NCBI GenBank assembly: GCA_973895155.1
Contig: OZ316893.1
Location: 26,028,798 to 26,092,797, forward strand
Source of the DNA: Marsupella aquatica
Taxonomy: Eukaryota; Plantae; Marchantiophyta
Direction of reading: 5' to 3'
Length of the DNA: 64,000 nt
A program made the position numbers and the translations under genes. Positions 24,579-36,000 of the stretch are shown here, in pieces. The first letter of the stretch is position 1, and the number at the start of each line of letters is the position of its first letter. The notes beneath the pieces are model-generated. The model did not search any database. It was not told the origin of the DNA and worked only from the letters and a program-made list of their open reading frames with translations.

Positions 24579-24660
24579 TATCTACTGTTGGATCTCGCGT
24601 ATCTACTGTTGGATCTTGCTTATCTACTGTTGGATCTTGCTTATCTACTGTTGGATCTCG
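24579..24660. repeat. ~20-21-bp tandem minisatellite, 4 copies
   Basis: tatctactgttggatct(c/t)gc repeated four times. Confidence 0.9.
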
Positions 24661-25028
24661 AGAGGTACTGTACTAACTCGATTTCAGGAAATTAACGTGC
24701 ACAAGGAACCTCGAGTCTGTTGGGAACTTGAGAAGTACTGTCCTATCTTCATGAAATCAACGTGTGCATGGATAAGTGGAGATTGTAAACAACCCAGCGA
24801 GACTCTCAATGCTGATTGGTCTACTTTCCAAGCCCACATCCTAGAATGCGGAAACCATATCCTTTAATTGAGGAGGATAAGTAGAGTAGTTGCTCTCTAA
24901 GTGCACCATCCTGGGAAGAAGCCTCCAGTGTGCACTAAACAGGGGTTTGCACTACCACATTGGTGTGAAACCTGGGGTTAGCATTATGTGATAAGTGCAA
25001 ACCCATTAGAATGTGCTTATATTGATAA

Positions 25029-25259
25029 GACTATACTGTTTCCATTTATTATTATTTTTAAGTTAAAAGGCAACTGTGCGCAAACTGAGATTCAAGAGCA
25101 CCGCGGGAAAAAGAACAACAAGCCCTCAGGGCCACCACACACATCACCAGGACCCGAGGGGCCGACGCATGAGACACCACACCGCTGCAGTGGGGGCAGC
25201 TAGTCCCAAGGGGGCCATCTAAACCATCTTGGTCCGAGAGTGGACTATACTGTTTCCAT
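25029..25259 (-). mobile_element. Short retroposed insertion (5'-truncated LINE or SINE 3' end) with 17-bp target-site duplication
   Basis: gactatactgtttccat at 25029-25045 and 25243-25259 flanks a 197-bp insert; its minus-strand 3' end is an A-rich (TAA)n-like tail. Confidence 0.8.
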
Positions 25260-27610
25260 CTCTTTTGTTACATGTGCAATTATCCTCCATCACTGAGTTT
25301 GGTGACTCCACTCCTAAAATTTACATCCCTGCCCTAAATTTGGTTCCCTACCCATAAGTGCAGTTCTTACTCTACTGTCCACTTAGTAGGAACTAGAACT
25401 TGATGGAATTGTGTGCTTACCAGTTTAAGTATTCATGTAAACATACGGCTGTATTTCAGCCTGTTTGCATTTATAAAGGGTGCAGAAACATATGCAAACT
25501 CTCTGTCAAAATAAGTGAAGAAGCGGGTGTCTGCAGAAGTCAGGTTCTGCCCTTTATGCAGTCTGCACTTAAAGAGTGATCAGTGTACGATAAAATTCCT
25601 GGCAGTGGTCTGGTACTCCAGTAATTGTTTCTAATCTGTCTAATCTGCCAAATAATATCAGCTCAGTATTGAACTTGCTTGTGAACAACTTGGACATGGC
25701 CATATTCTATTATTGTCACGTCATCCGTTCATCAGCATCAGTAAGTCCTCGAAGGCTCGAACTTTCTAGTGCGATGAAGACCTTGGGAAGACCTTGGGTT
25801 CGAAGACTTTTTGGGCCATCTCAACTGCTGCAGTAAACCCAGCTAGCTGAGAAGAGTCCTTCAGTACACCCAGACTAGGGTGGAGCTTCGAGATTTGAAT
25901 CGAGTGATTTAAAATTCCCTTTCACCGGTTCACGGGATTGTTTCAGCTGCACTGACTCGTTCCGCTCTTCTCGGTTCGTCTTCGACAATTCCTATTTGTT
26001 TCGCCCATATACTTTATTTATGGGCAGAAGACCATGAGACACGGAAAAGCACTGGGTCACCCTGATTGTCAGCGTTTTTGGGCGCTGCCCAATTGTGTGT
26101 GAATCCCCGTGTGCATGAGTGAAGTCAGAGTCCAAAATGTTGCCACATGGAAGTGTCCCGAAGTCACTTCACCCTGAGTATTCACATTTAGACCTTTGGG
26201 CCAAGGGTTAAGAAGAATTCACATTTAGACCTGGTTGGCCGACAGAAAATAATCATACGTCTCACACAGATTGGAGTGAAGTCACGGTGAGTATTTGTCC
26301 TTAGAGTTTAGGATAGACCCTTGACCGACATTTTGACCAGGATGCCAGAACAGGAGGAATGCCCGTGCTTCAATGTCCGGTAGACTCTCTCGTCCCCGCT
26401 TTCGTCATCTTACTTGGCAACGCGCTTTATGCGAAGGTATTGGTAACAAGGGCGGCAGGAGCAGAAGGAAGAACTTGCCATTGTTATATAGGGTCGTCAG
26501 TGACTACTCGGTTCCTGCCAAGGGCAGAAGCAAGTCACAGATTAGCAGGAGCAGATCGCAACGTGCTACATGGCGAAGATTTAGGACCTTGACCGAGAGG
26601 TGCATCAGGTCTTGAGGTATGACTAAAACGTTTTATATAGAGTGGGTATGGACCCCAAGCTCATAAATCTTATCGAGTGAGAGCCAAGAGTGTACGTCTG
26701 TGATCACTAACGACTACTCCAGTACACCACGAGCCTCAATTATTTCAGCTGGGTCCTCCTGAAAGTATGAGGCATGATGAGCATCTTAGCCAGGAAAGAG
26801 AGAAAGAAAGTGAAGAATGGAGAACTTTGGACACGTCTCCTTGTGTATTGTCACTGTCGTAAATAATAATTTCACCCAACCCAATGCGCAAACTGGATAC
26901 ACCTATCAATAGAAGGCAGTGGCGGACAGTATGTGTTTGTTTTATGGTATTCCCATCAACACAAAAACTGGAATCGATTTGTTAGCAATCAAGGCTGATT
27001 ACATGTAGACAGTCCTGTCGAAATGAACGCGCGGTTGCAGCCTCAAGCACAACTCCAATGTGCAATCGTACGATAGTTGCAACAGTGAAAATCGATCCAC
27101 GCACCGATCACAATTCCACTGTGCAATCGTAAAGTTCAACTGTAAGTTGCCCATGCACGGTGAACAACTGCGGAGTATTTTTAAATGGACGGGAAGTTTG
27201 AATCACGAGACTGTAAAAGTCGGATCTGGACTTTGTCAAGCTTCCCTTCAGTACTTCGATCCCTTCAGTCCTTCCCTTCAATCTGTTGTTTGCACGGAGA
27301 TGAAGAGAAACAAACTTTCCGGGTTTTGTTCAATTCATTGCAAACTTGCGCGGCCTACTGTATTGCTCGATCGATATACTGTCTTATTTTCATCGATTCA
27401 CTCTTCACCCGTTTCGAGCAATGAAGCTAGATCAATTCCGAGGTCACCAACTCGGAAACAAGCTGCCAAAACAGCTCTCGCAGTCGTCTGTCCCCATTGT
27501 CTCAGAATCAAATCAGAGGAATGTTCAATTGAATGCAAATTAGATAAAATAAATGAATATAAATTGTAGAGTCCAAGCCTAAACTGTAAATTGAAGTATA
27601 GTGCTACAAT

Positions 27611-27651
27611 CTCCTCTCTCTCATCTCATCTCATCTCATCTCATCTCATCT
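27611..27651. repeat. CT/(TCATC)n microsatellite
   Basis: ctctctc followed by about six tcatc units. Confidence 0.9.
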
Positions 27652-28531
27652 GCTCTTTGTCTCGCTTGCTTCCAGGATTTAGCTTCAAGAATGTTCTAAT
27701 CACCACAGCAGTGACCTGAGATAGAGATAGAGATAGAGACACTCTTCTGGTATGTGAATTGGATAGGATGGATGCCCGGTTGTACAGTCTGAAAGCCCAC
27801 GTAGTGATTGATACCTCCGCTAAGCTACCTACGATCATCGTCAACAGCGAAAGTAACAGCACTGTTCCCGGGAGGAGTCCAACTCCTTCAGAACGGCTAT
27901 GGTGCAGCACTCATGCCATGCCTTTCGAAAAGAAGTAGACGACAAAGTCCATAGAAAAGCTATCATGGGCCAGTTTGAGTGGCTGTTATTGACCATAATG
28001 TTCTGGTATGATTGGTACCAACCTAATTAATAACTTAAAATGACTGAACGGAGAATCTTCATACTGAGCTTATCCAAATCTAAATCTTGCTTGTGCATTT
28101 TGCTCCAATATTGCCCTGAGAAAATTACCGAGGACACTACAAGTATATGAAAGTCCTGGTTGTGCTTCTTTCTTCAATATAGCCTTCAAAACTACAAAGA
28201 TAAAATCACTAAAAATACATGGTTCTAAACCACTCTTTGCCGACTCTCTGCCGCTCCTTCAAACAAGAGCTGGAGCTAGAGGGGCTACATTGTCAGTATT
28301 GTCCATAATGCAGGACCTTAATACACTTGTAGGTCCAAATGCTTTGTATTTTTACGAATTTTAGTAACAATAATACTAATAATGAGCATCCAGATCTTGA
28401 TTGTGCAACTGCAAAGAATAAAATCAAGAAAGGGGATTAAATATAATTATTTTTTAAGTCCAGGGCATTGTGGGATATAATACCTCCACAGACAAGTTCA
28501 GCTCTTTTGAGAGGCGATTATTAAATCTGAT

Positions 28532-28628
28532 TTTCATGATAAGCTCATCCAAATCTTGACCGACACTCTTCTCCAATAATTCTTTCATGATAAGCTAATC
28601 CAAATCTTGACCGACACTCTTCTCCAAG
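28532..28628. repeat. ~52-bp tandem duplication
   Basis: tttcatgataagct(c/a)atccaaatcttgaccgacactcttctccaa occurs twice. Confidence 0.9.
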
Positions 28629-31600
28629 AATTCCTGAAAATTACAAAGAGAAGCAAATTCATGAAGGGCATGAAATTAATTAAGTTGTGGACCCACAATA
28701 ACTGTTTTCTTCCCCCAAAAGCGAATTCCTACCCTGCAAACCGATCCCCAGTAGTTGTTGGCCATAGTGGAAGTTTGTGACAGCGGCTATGGGGTGGGGC
28801 AGTACGTAGGTGAGGGAGAATGGCTGTGCGAGTAGATTGAACCACGTGAACACGCCTTCCACGCCTCAATCATGCCTCAAAGGTGGCAGCTCGCGCGCAC
28901 CAGTTCCGTGTAGGCACCGGTATACCGAAGAACTTGCTGGTATTCACTCACTCTCTTGAGCTCGATCGAGCTTTTGAACAAGTGATGCACTCATAAAGAA
29001 TTGCTGTCATGGATCTAAAACGTTCAGACACCTAGTGCGACGTACTGTAGACCGTGCTTACACACAATCTGACACCACACAGGTGTCGTTGAGCACTGGC
29101 TTATATATGTCAGTTTTGTGTTTGAGCTTTTAATTTAGATTGAATAAATCAAGGATCAATGATTTGTTTTGAGGGTTTTTCAGATCATTCATGCATGCCA
29201 TGTCCTCATTATAATGCTGTTCACAGTGCAGTGTGTGGTAGCTGAAGGGTTGTAGTCTGGATTACCGATAATGTACAGATTACCACTGGCCTTTGCCTGC
29301 AGTTCAAGCAGGAACGCTCAACGTGCATGCCAGACTTCCATCCGCGGAACCTAAATAGCATTAAGACTGATCGCCAGCCTGAAATCATCTTGAGCTCTAC
29401 TTTAGTTTAGTGGCTGACGTGTACTTCCGAGAAGGAAAGCCCATTCTCGATGATGTCTTCGCGATTTTTGTTTCCCATCATTGTGAATTTTCTACGTTTT
29501 TGGCTGTACTTTATTTGCTGTTTCCCAGTAATTTTCTTCTCTGAATTCACGTTGATGAGTGGGTACGAACACTGTCACGATTCCACAGACGAAAGTGACA
29601 CGTCGCATCATATATTGCACAGAATACCTTCATTAATTAAATGTGCCACTCTTTTGGGAGACCATTCAAAAGGGTCGAATTCGCTCAAGCCTTCTTCGAT
29701 GTCTAGCTTTAGCGTGACAACAAAGAAAGCGAGCAGCTTCCGCAACGATAGAAGGCGTGAAATTGGGCCTTATGTCTAACCTAGCACACTTTATATTACT
29801 CCGTAAGACTGCGTTATGCATTTGGTTCATCTGGTTTTAAATTGGACTAGATTGTTTTTTGAACGAAAGTGTCCTAGATTTTCTGTCTCGCGGGTACTAA
29901 ATATTACAAATCTTCAACAGCATCTAGGTCATCGGCCTAGCTTTTTAATTAATTAACTACAGTATGCGTTCCAACCCCAGGCAATCAGGCAAGCGAGAAA
30001 GACTGCAATACTTCCGTCATGTGTGCATCATTGATATATTTTGGCGGCGGCCTTCCTAAGAAAGCTACCTAGTTCTATATGGTTCCAGAGGTCAATGCTT
30101 AGTACTCTACAAGTACACCAAATTAACACTACACGTCTTGAGTTTTGAAGAAGCTTGCCGGAGACGTGCCATGTTCAAAACTAACACGGTAGAAGGTCGA
30201 AGCCCAAGAGTGGTTGGTAACCCAGTTGGTTATATAATTAAGCTAGAACCATGATACGTGGGATGTCGCTTTACATTTCCATGGAGATCTTTAGAGGCTA
30301 GTCGACAGCTATCGAGACTTTACCGATTCAATGACAAGTTGATTCATACAAAAGCTATCGCAAGCCACACTGAGTTACCTGCTTCAATGGTTTCAAAAAA
30401 CTGATTTTGTCTTCAATAATGGAACGAGAGTTTGCGTAGTGTACATTCAAGATTCTTGAACTAAGAAGCCTGATTTGGGGGATTGAGATCCCGATTTAGA
30501 TTCTCCCACCATCCCACAAATACTGAGCCTGGTGGATCATAACCATTCAACTTGAACAAAGGACTAAAAAAGAGATATACGAGCTATTCAATATATGACA
30601 GCTTCAGTGGATAGTTAAATCTAGCCAGGATAAAGGTGGACTTGAAATTATATGTGAGAAGATCCATACATCACCAGGGTAGGGTTCACTAGAGCTACAC
30701 TCTAATGAGTGCTGTTCCTCAGCATTTATATATATGTTCGAGCAGGAAGCTGAGGCTCGTGACTGCCAAGTAGTCGCTCAATCTCGTGACTGCTTCTGGC
30801 TTAAGTTATATTTACTAGATGATGAATATCTGCTCCTGCTATCTCTGGAACCTGATCTGAAATAATCGTAAATACACATCTAATCCAAGAAGAAATAAGG
30901 GGCGTTCTAGAACCACATTTTGATGGATTTACTTGCTTTCTTTGGATAGATTTTCACCATTTCCTGTCACAACGAGCAATCAACATCTAGTTATTCTAAA
31001 GGCAGTTTTGCTACAAAAATGAACCGAGTTTACCCCACAGTAGCACCTACGCCCAACCCCAAGACAACAAGCTGATGCTGAATCACATCCATAGGTGCAG
31101 AGACAAAACTTTTAAAAGGCCTATAACTGTGACAGCACTTATGTTCTACATCGACATGAAGGTGACCAAGTTAGAAAATCATCTCGGAAGTTGAGCAGAG
31201 CTACCAAATATAATCAGTTCATTTGTTCATGGCAGGGCGAGTAGCGCTCTGTTCATAATTGTGCTGTTGTCACTGCACATAGAATGATCGCGTTATCGGC
31301 CAGGAGGATATCCAAAATAGCGCTCAAATTTGCCTAAACGTTTTAACAAATCCTGTCAATTTGCACTGTGCAGTCCCATGGGAAATATGAACATGGTTGC
31401 ATTCTAACGTGATTGTTGAGAAGTATTGTCTAGAGTTGCCTAATTACTGCAATCTGCATTCATTTGACATATGCAATCACAAGCCATCATTCAGTGAGAT
31501 GACTCCTGGCTGCTGGCTGAGACCAACAGCTTCTTTAATTGGCACTTTGCAGAACACCTTCGTAAGCTCAGAATGATGCTTCCTAATGCCACCAGAAAGG

Positions 31601-32567
31601 TCCTCAGAAAAAGTAAAATGAACGATCTATCAATACATGATTTATCATCTCAGTTGCTTTGGATCAGATATTGGTCGAACAATGATCTTTTGAGTTTAAT
31701 TTTCTGAGTAGGACCTTTAAAGATCGCGACAGTTCCTGACCCTGTATTGAGATACAGAACGGACAATCGTTAAAAACACTTGCTTCAATTCATCAAGCTC
31801 ATTCAAATTTACGGAAATCTTTTATGAACTTACCACCCTACGAGTTCCAGTTTCATTTGATACAGTCCAGGCCATCCATAGATCTGAATGAGGATTAGTT
31901 TCAAGAACTGAGTTGTCGCCACTTGGCAAGAACAGACTCACTCGTAAGAACGTCTACCCAAGATTTTCATCATTCGGGCTGATTTAGCAGCCAAATGGCT
32001 CACAAACGTTTCCAGGAAAGCCGGCCTTATATAATTAAATCTACACTTTGCACTATGCTCACTTCATGAATCGACCTTGTAGATAGGATCCAAAATGTAA
32101 GGACCTAGTTACAGCAAGAGCATGGTAGAGGAGTGTCAGTCTAGAGTACGTAGTAGAATAGGTGCAATATGTGACGACATAAGGCAATTATGTCGTAGAG
32201 TCAAACTGTGCCAGAGTCAAGTATATGAACTTCAGTATTGTCTTTGCTGTAATTTGACAAAGGAAACGCATTAGCCAATGAAGTGGGAATGAATGCTCAA
32301 ACATGACATATATATATAGATACTTTCAGTTCATGAACAGAAGTTAGATACCTTTCGCCGATGGCTAACAGTCTGATCACTCTCAACGTAGTTTGCTAAC
32401 AAACATTACTGTATAATTGCGTCGCTTCGCAACACTTAAGCCCAAATCAAGTTCAGCATCTAGTTCTTCCAGAATTGACCACTAATCACACTTTCGGATC
32501 GAGATATTGAATAGATCCCCAATGTCACATCCTGACCAAATCTAGAGTACGTCATTTTCAGGATCGA

Positions 32568-33035
32568 TCATATTGTCTTGAGAACAATTTCCGCCTCCTC
32601 TACTTTCTCCTTGAGGATCGTCACGATCTGTGGGTCGTCGAGAAAACTGAAGTTTTCTAACGAATGTCCACTGGTCAGCAACAATGCGAGCAGCTTGTTG
32701 CTTCTTTGGATCTCGGCCAAGAGTGCCCCATTCTTTGCTAAGCTCTCAAGAGTGCCTCTCATGGAAGTGATCTCCGTTACGAGGAGTTGCAGCAGGACAT
32801 TCGTTAGGTTTTTGTCAGCAAGCATGGCGCTGGCATGGCTGCTTGGGATATCAGTCGAAGCTCGAGGTGAAGCAGACCCGGCCGCCACACCACAAAAAGG
32901 CATGTGCTTCTCCCAAATCCCTTTCTTCTTCAGATTTTTCGAGCCCTCGAGCAGCTGCAGCTGCTCAAGCTCCTCGCTTCTACTTCTCACTGGGAGTGAA
33001 AACACCGCCGACTCGGATGACTGCCCTCCTTCCAT
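32568..33035 (-). CDS. Hypothetical orphan protein (~155 aa) with an amphipathic helical/coiled-coil C-terminal half
   Basis: Stop-free frame 33107-32568 with ATG at 33035 just after a plausible cag acceptor. The antisense frame is also open, as often seen in real coding DNA. Sequence LTNVLLQLLVTEITSMRGTLESLAKNGALLAEIQRSNKLLALLL. No family recognised. Confidence 0.4.
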   Translation of the reverse strand: MEGGQSSESAVFSLPVRSRSEELEQLQLLEGSKNLKKKGIWEKHMPFCGVAAGSASPRASTDIPSSHASAMLADKNLTNVLLQLLVTEITSMRGTLESLAKNGALLAEIQRSNKLLALLLTSGHSLENFSFLDDPQIVTILKEKVEEAEIVLKTI

Positions 33036-36000
33036 TCCTACAAGTAACTGAACTGATACTACTTTGGCTACCACAGGTACTTTCAAACTAGGCAAGATAT
33101 GAACCACTGCTTAAAATTACTGCCCTGACTGTTCAATTGGTAGTACAGAAATACACATCTACTGTACGAGACACTCCTTTTCTAGCTCGTAAACAAGTAG
33201 CTGGACTAGTAGCTCGATCTCTGTACACTGATGCTTATATGTTTGTTCTGACTTGTAGGTACCTGCACTAATTCTAGCCATACCCATTACACTTAGTGAC
33301 AATTTCTTGTTGGGCACGAGTAGTGAATGCTTATAGCGACTGCTACCAGTTGCTGCTGAAGTTAAGTTGTCTAATTGTTAAATCTTCTAGTATCTCCCGA
33401 AGCGTACAAGTGCAATTTAGCGTCTCATTTGCAAGACAATAAGTACAAAACAGTACTTCTTGATAGCTTCGGGTGACACATGTGGTTAAAAGCTGTAACC
33501 AGTAGACTATTTTCTCGGCTAGGTTTACATACCAATATATATGGACGTCATCGATCTTCGTCCTCGTTAAATTGATTTAACTCGAGATTGATATATTACA
33601 GGCCACAAGTATCACAGTAAGCTTGAAGATCTCTTAAGCGTTGCGTCAAGCCCAGTGGGACAAGTTAATTTAAGCCTACTAGCAAGTTCCATCATTCTGA
33701 AAATGGCATTCATTTGTGAAATAAAAATAAGTTATTTCAAGATGTCAATTAAATGCAGCACAGCCAACACCAATCGAGTCAAAATTATGTAGAATAAGTA
33801 TTCAAATGTGTATGTGTTGCTTCACACCAGATGCAGACCAAATCCATCCGGGAATGGATCACAAGACCTGCTCCAAGGTTCGTCGGTCCTAAGCTGGCTC
33901 GCTCATTAGAGATCATAGAAGATGCATCGAGAGTCAGTAGCAAATCATTCTCAGCAAACATACACTCTGTCAGACATTTGTGCTTGAATTCATTCCTTAC
34001 AATTGCCCTTGGCTTACCGACACCTTGAAGCGTACCCCATTCCAAAGACAGAATGGTGCCCGCATTGATGGCCGATCGATTCATCAAATCCGAAGTACGG
34101 CAAAGATCGAGATTCTTCAGGAAAGCAGTCATACATACTGAGGTCGAGCCCCTTCTTCTTTCAATGAAGATCACCCAGTACAGTCATACACAGAAGTGCT
34201 TTACTGCTTTAGCTGTGATTGTGAATGAGATACACGAGGGTACCGACATCATCGTTACTAAGATCATTTCAAATTTAATGATGCTCCTGCCTAGCATATT
34301 CTGTACCTCAAGACACATCACTTGGTATGTAGCCAGAAGCTCTAGGATGTGATGGTTGCCTGGTGATCGGCATTGTCATAATGGTTGAGGCAATGAGACA
34401 CCATTGTTGGGGGTAGCGCTTTCATTGATTGACCAGTACCCCCCCGTTCTTACAAATTTCGAAGGTGATTGTGGAATGAAAGCAACCGGGAAAAAAGTTC
34501 AGAAACATCGAAAGAGCAATATTCCTCGTTAGAAGACTACATTGAAAAATCACACCGATATTCGATCATTTCATATGGACACCCCATTTCATGCCGAAAA
34601 CAATCATTCCAAGGTACTCGTATCTCGACTCGTATGCTTCAAGTTTTCTGAAACCCCATGGTGGATCTCCCTTCTCAATATATATTGTCCCTTTTTATGC
34701 TTATAAATCATGCTTATAAATCTACAGTACAATTTTTATTATCATATCTTTCAGTGGGTCTCCTCTCTTTCTATCATGTTCCCTTTTATGTTTATCACTT
34801 TGAATTTCCAAGGCAAATAATTCTGAAACCATCAGGACTAGATCATGTCGATCATGCCCTTCCTCCCTGACTGAGGTAAGACTTTTAAAACCAGCAATCC
34901 TTTTCCTTTTTCTGTTTGGAAACTTCAGGGGTGTCTATAAAACTCGAGGGACTTTCAAATCTAGCAATCCTTTTTTTCTTCTTCTGATTCGAAAGCTCAG
35001 GCATGAAACTGGGTGCCTATAAATGTGTAGAGAACATCCTAACGAATCTGTTTCATTGCCAGATTACACCTCACTGAAAAGTCTGGGCCACTTTTGGCAA
35101 AAATATGTCAGTTTCCTTGTCTTCAATTAGCCAGTTCCCACAAATTCCGTTAACCAGATCTGACGGCTATCTTTAAATTTAGGAAAGATAACTGACCAAC
35201 ATTAATCTAGGAAAGTAGATAAGGAATTTGTTAGCACCTTGACAATAACAAAGGTGACACTTTTTGCCTCAAATTTAAGCAATTGAATTTCATTTAAAAA
35301 GCGAACAAAAGCACAAGGTGACCTTAGCCACCGTGGCCAGAAACAAAAACCCCTTCAAATTTAGCCTAACACCCTAGCCAACAACCAAGATTTGAACGTA
35401 TAGAAAACGTCAAGATGTAGGGTTCATGCAAACACCACTAAAGTCTCGGACCAATAATTTGCCCAAGCGTACTGTTCGATCTTGATGGCAATCCTAAGTA
35501 ACGCGATGCTACATATATCCTCACCGGTGCACTGGAAACAAGACTAGACGCATCACTACGGCTCAGCAATTCGCATAAAATTATTCAAGACACGGACTGT
35601 ACATCCGCTTCTCAACAGCTCTCGTTGGCTGCATGATGTCGGCATCGAGCTCTTGGCTATGTTGCCGGGATTGGTCAAACGAGGCCTTGGACGTGGACGC
35701 TCGTTATGAAAAGCATGCGAGCGTATGAGGTGGATTGCGGTATTTTCAGCACGGATTTCTCACGACACCACTCGTGTGAAGTAATGTTTTCGAAACCGAC
35801 TGCCCTGGCTACCTTCTTCACATGTGAAAGCACTGCTATACAGTAGAATTGCCAGAACCTTTATGATTACCACATGTACCGTAGACTCGCACGTCACTGC
35901 TTCACGAGCTTGGAACGCCGCAGGAGACTAAATAAATGGTTGGACGCTTCTTGTCAAGACTGCCCCGCCCTCCTCCACTGGTGGATTCGGGTGAAGTGTG

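Noticed and set aside
27238-27282. Three CCCTTCA motifs partly complementary to miR319/159
   Set aside because: Only about 12 contiguous matches in pyrimidine-rich sequence; compatible with chance.
26359-27569. 77-169-aa + strand ORFs
   Set aside because: No homology recognised and no exon chain could be built.
33785-34352. Overlapping 99-129-aa ORFs on both strands
   Set aside because: No recognisable domain or consistent splice structure; cannot be supported as a gene.
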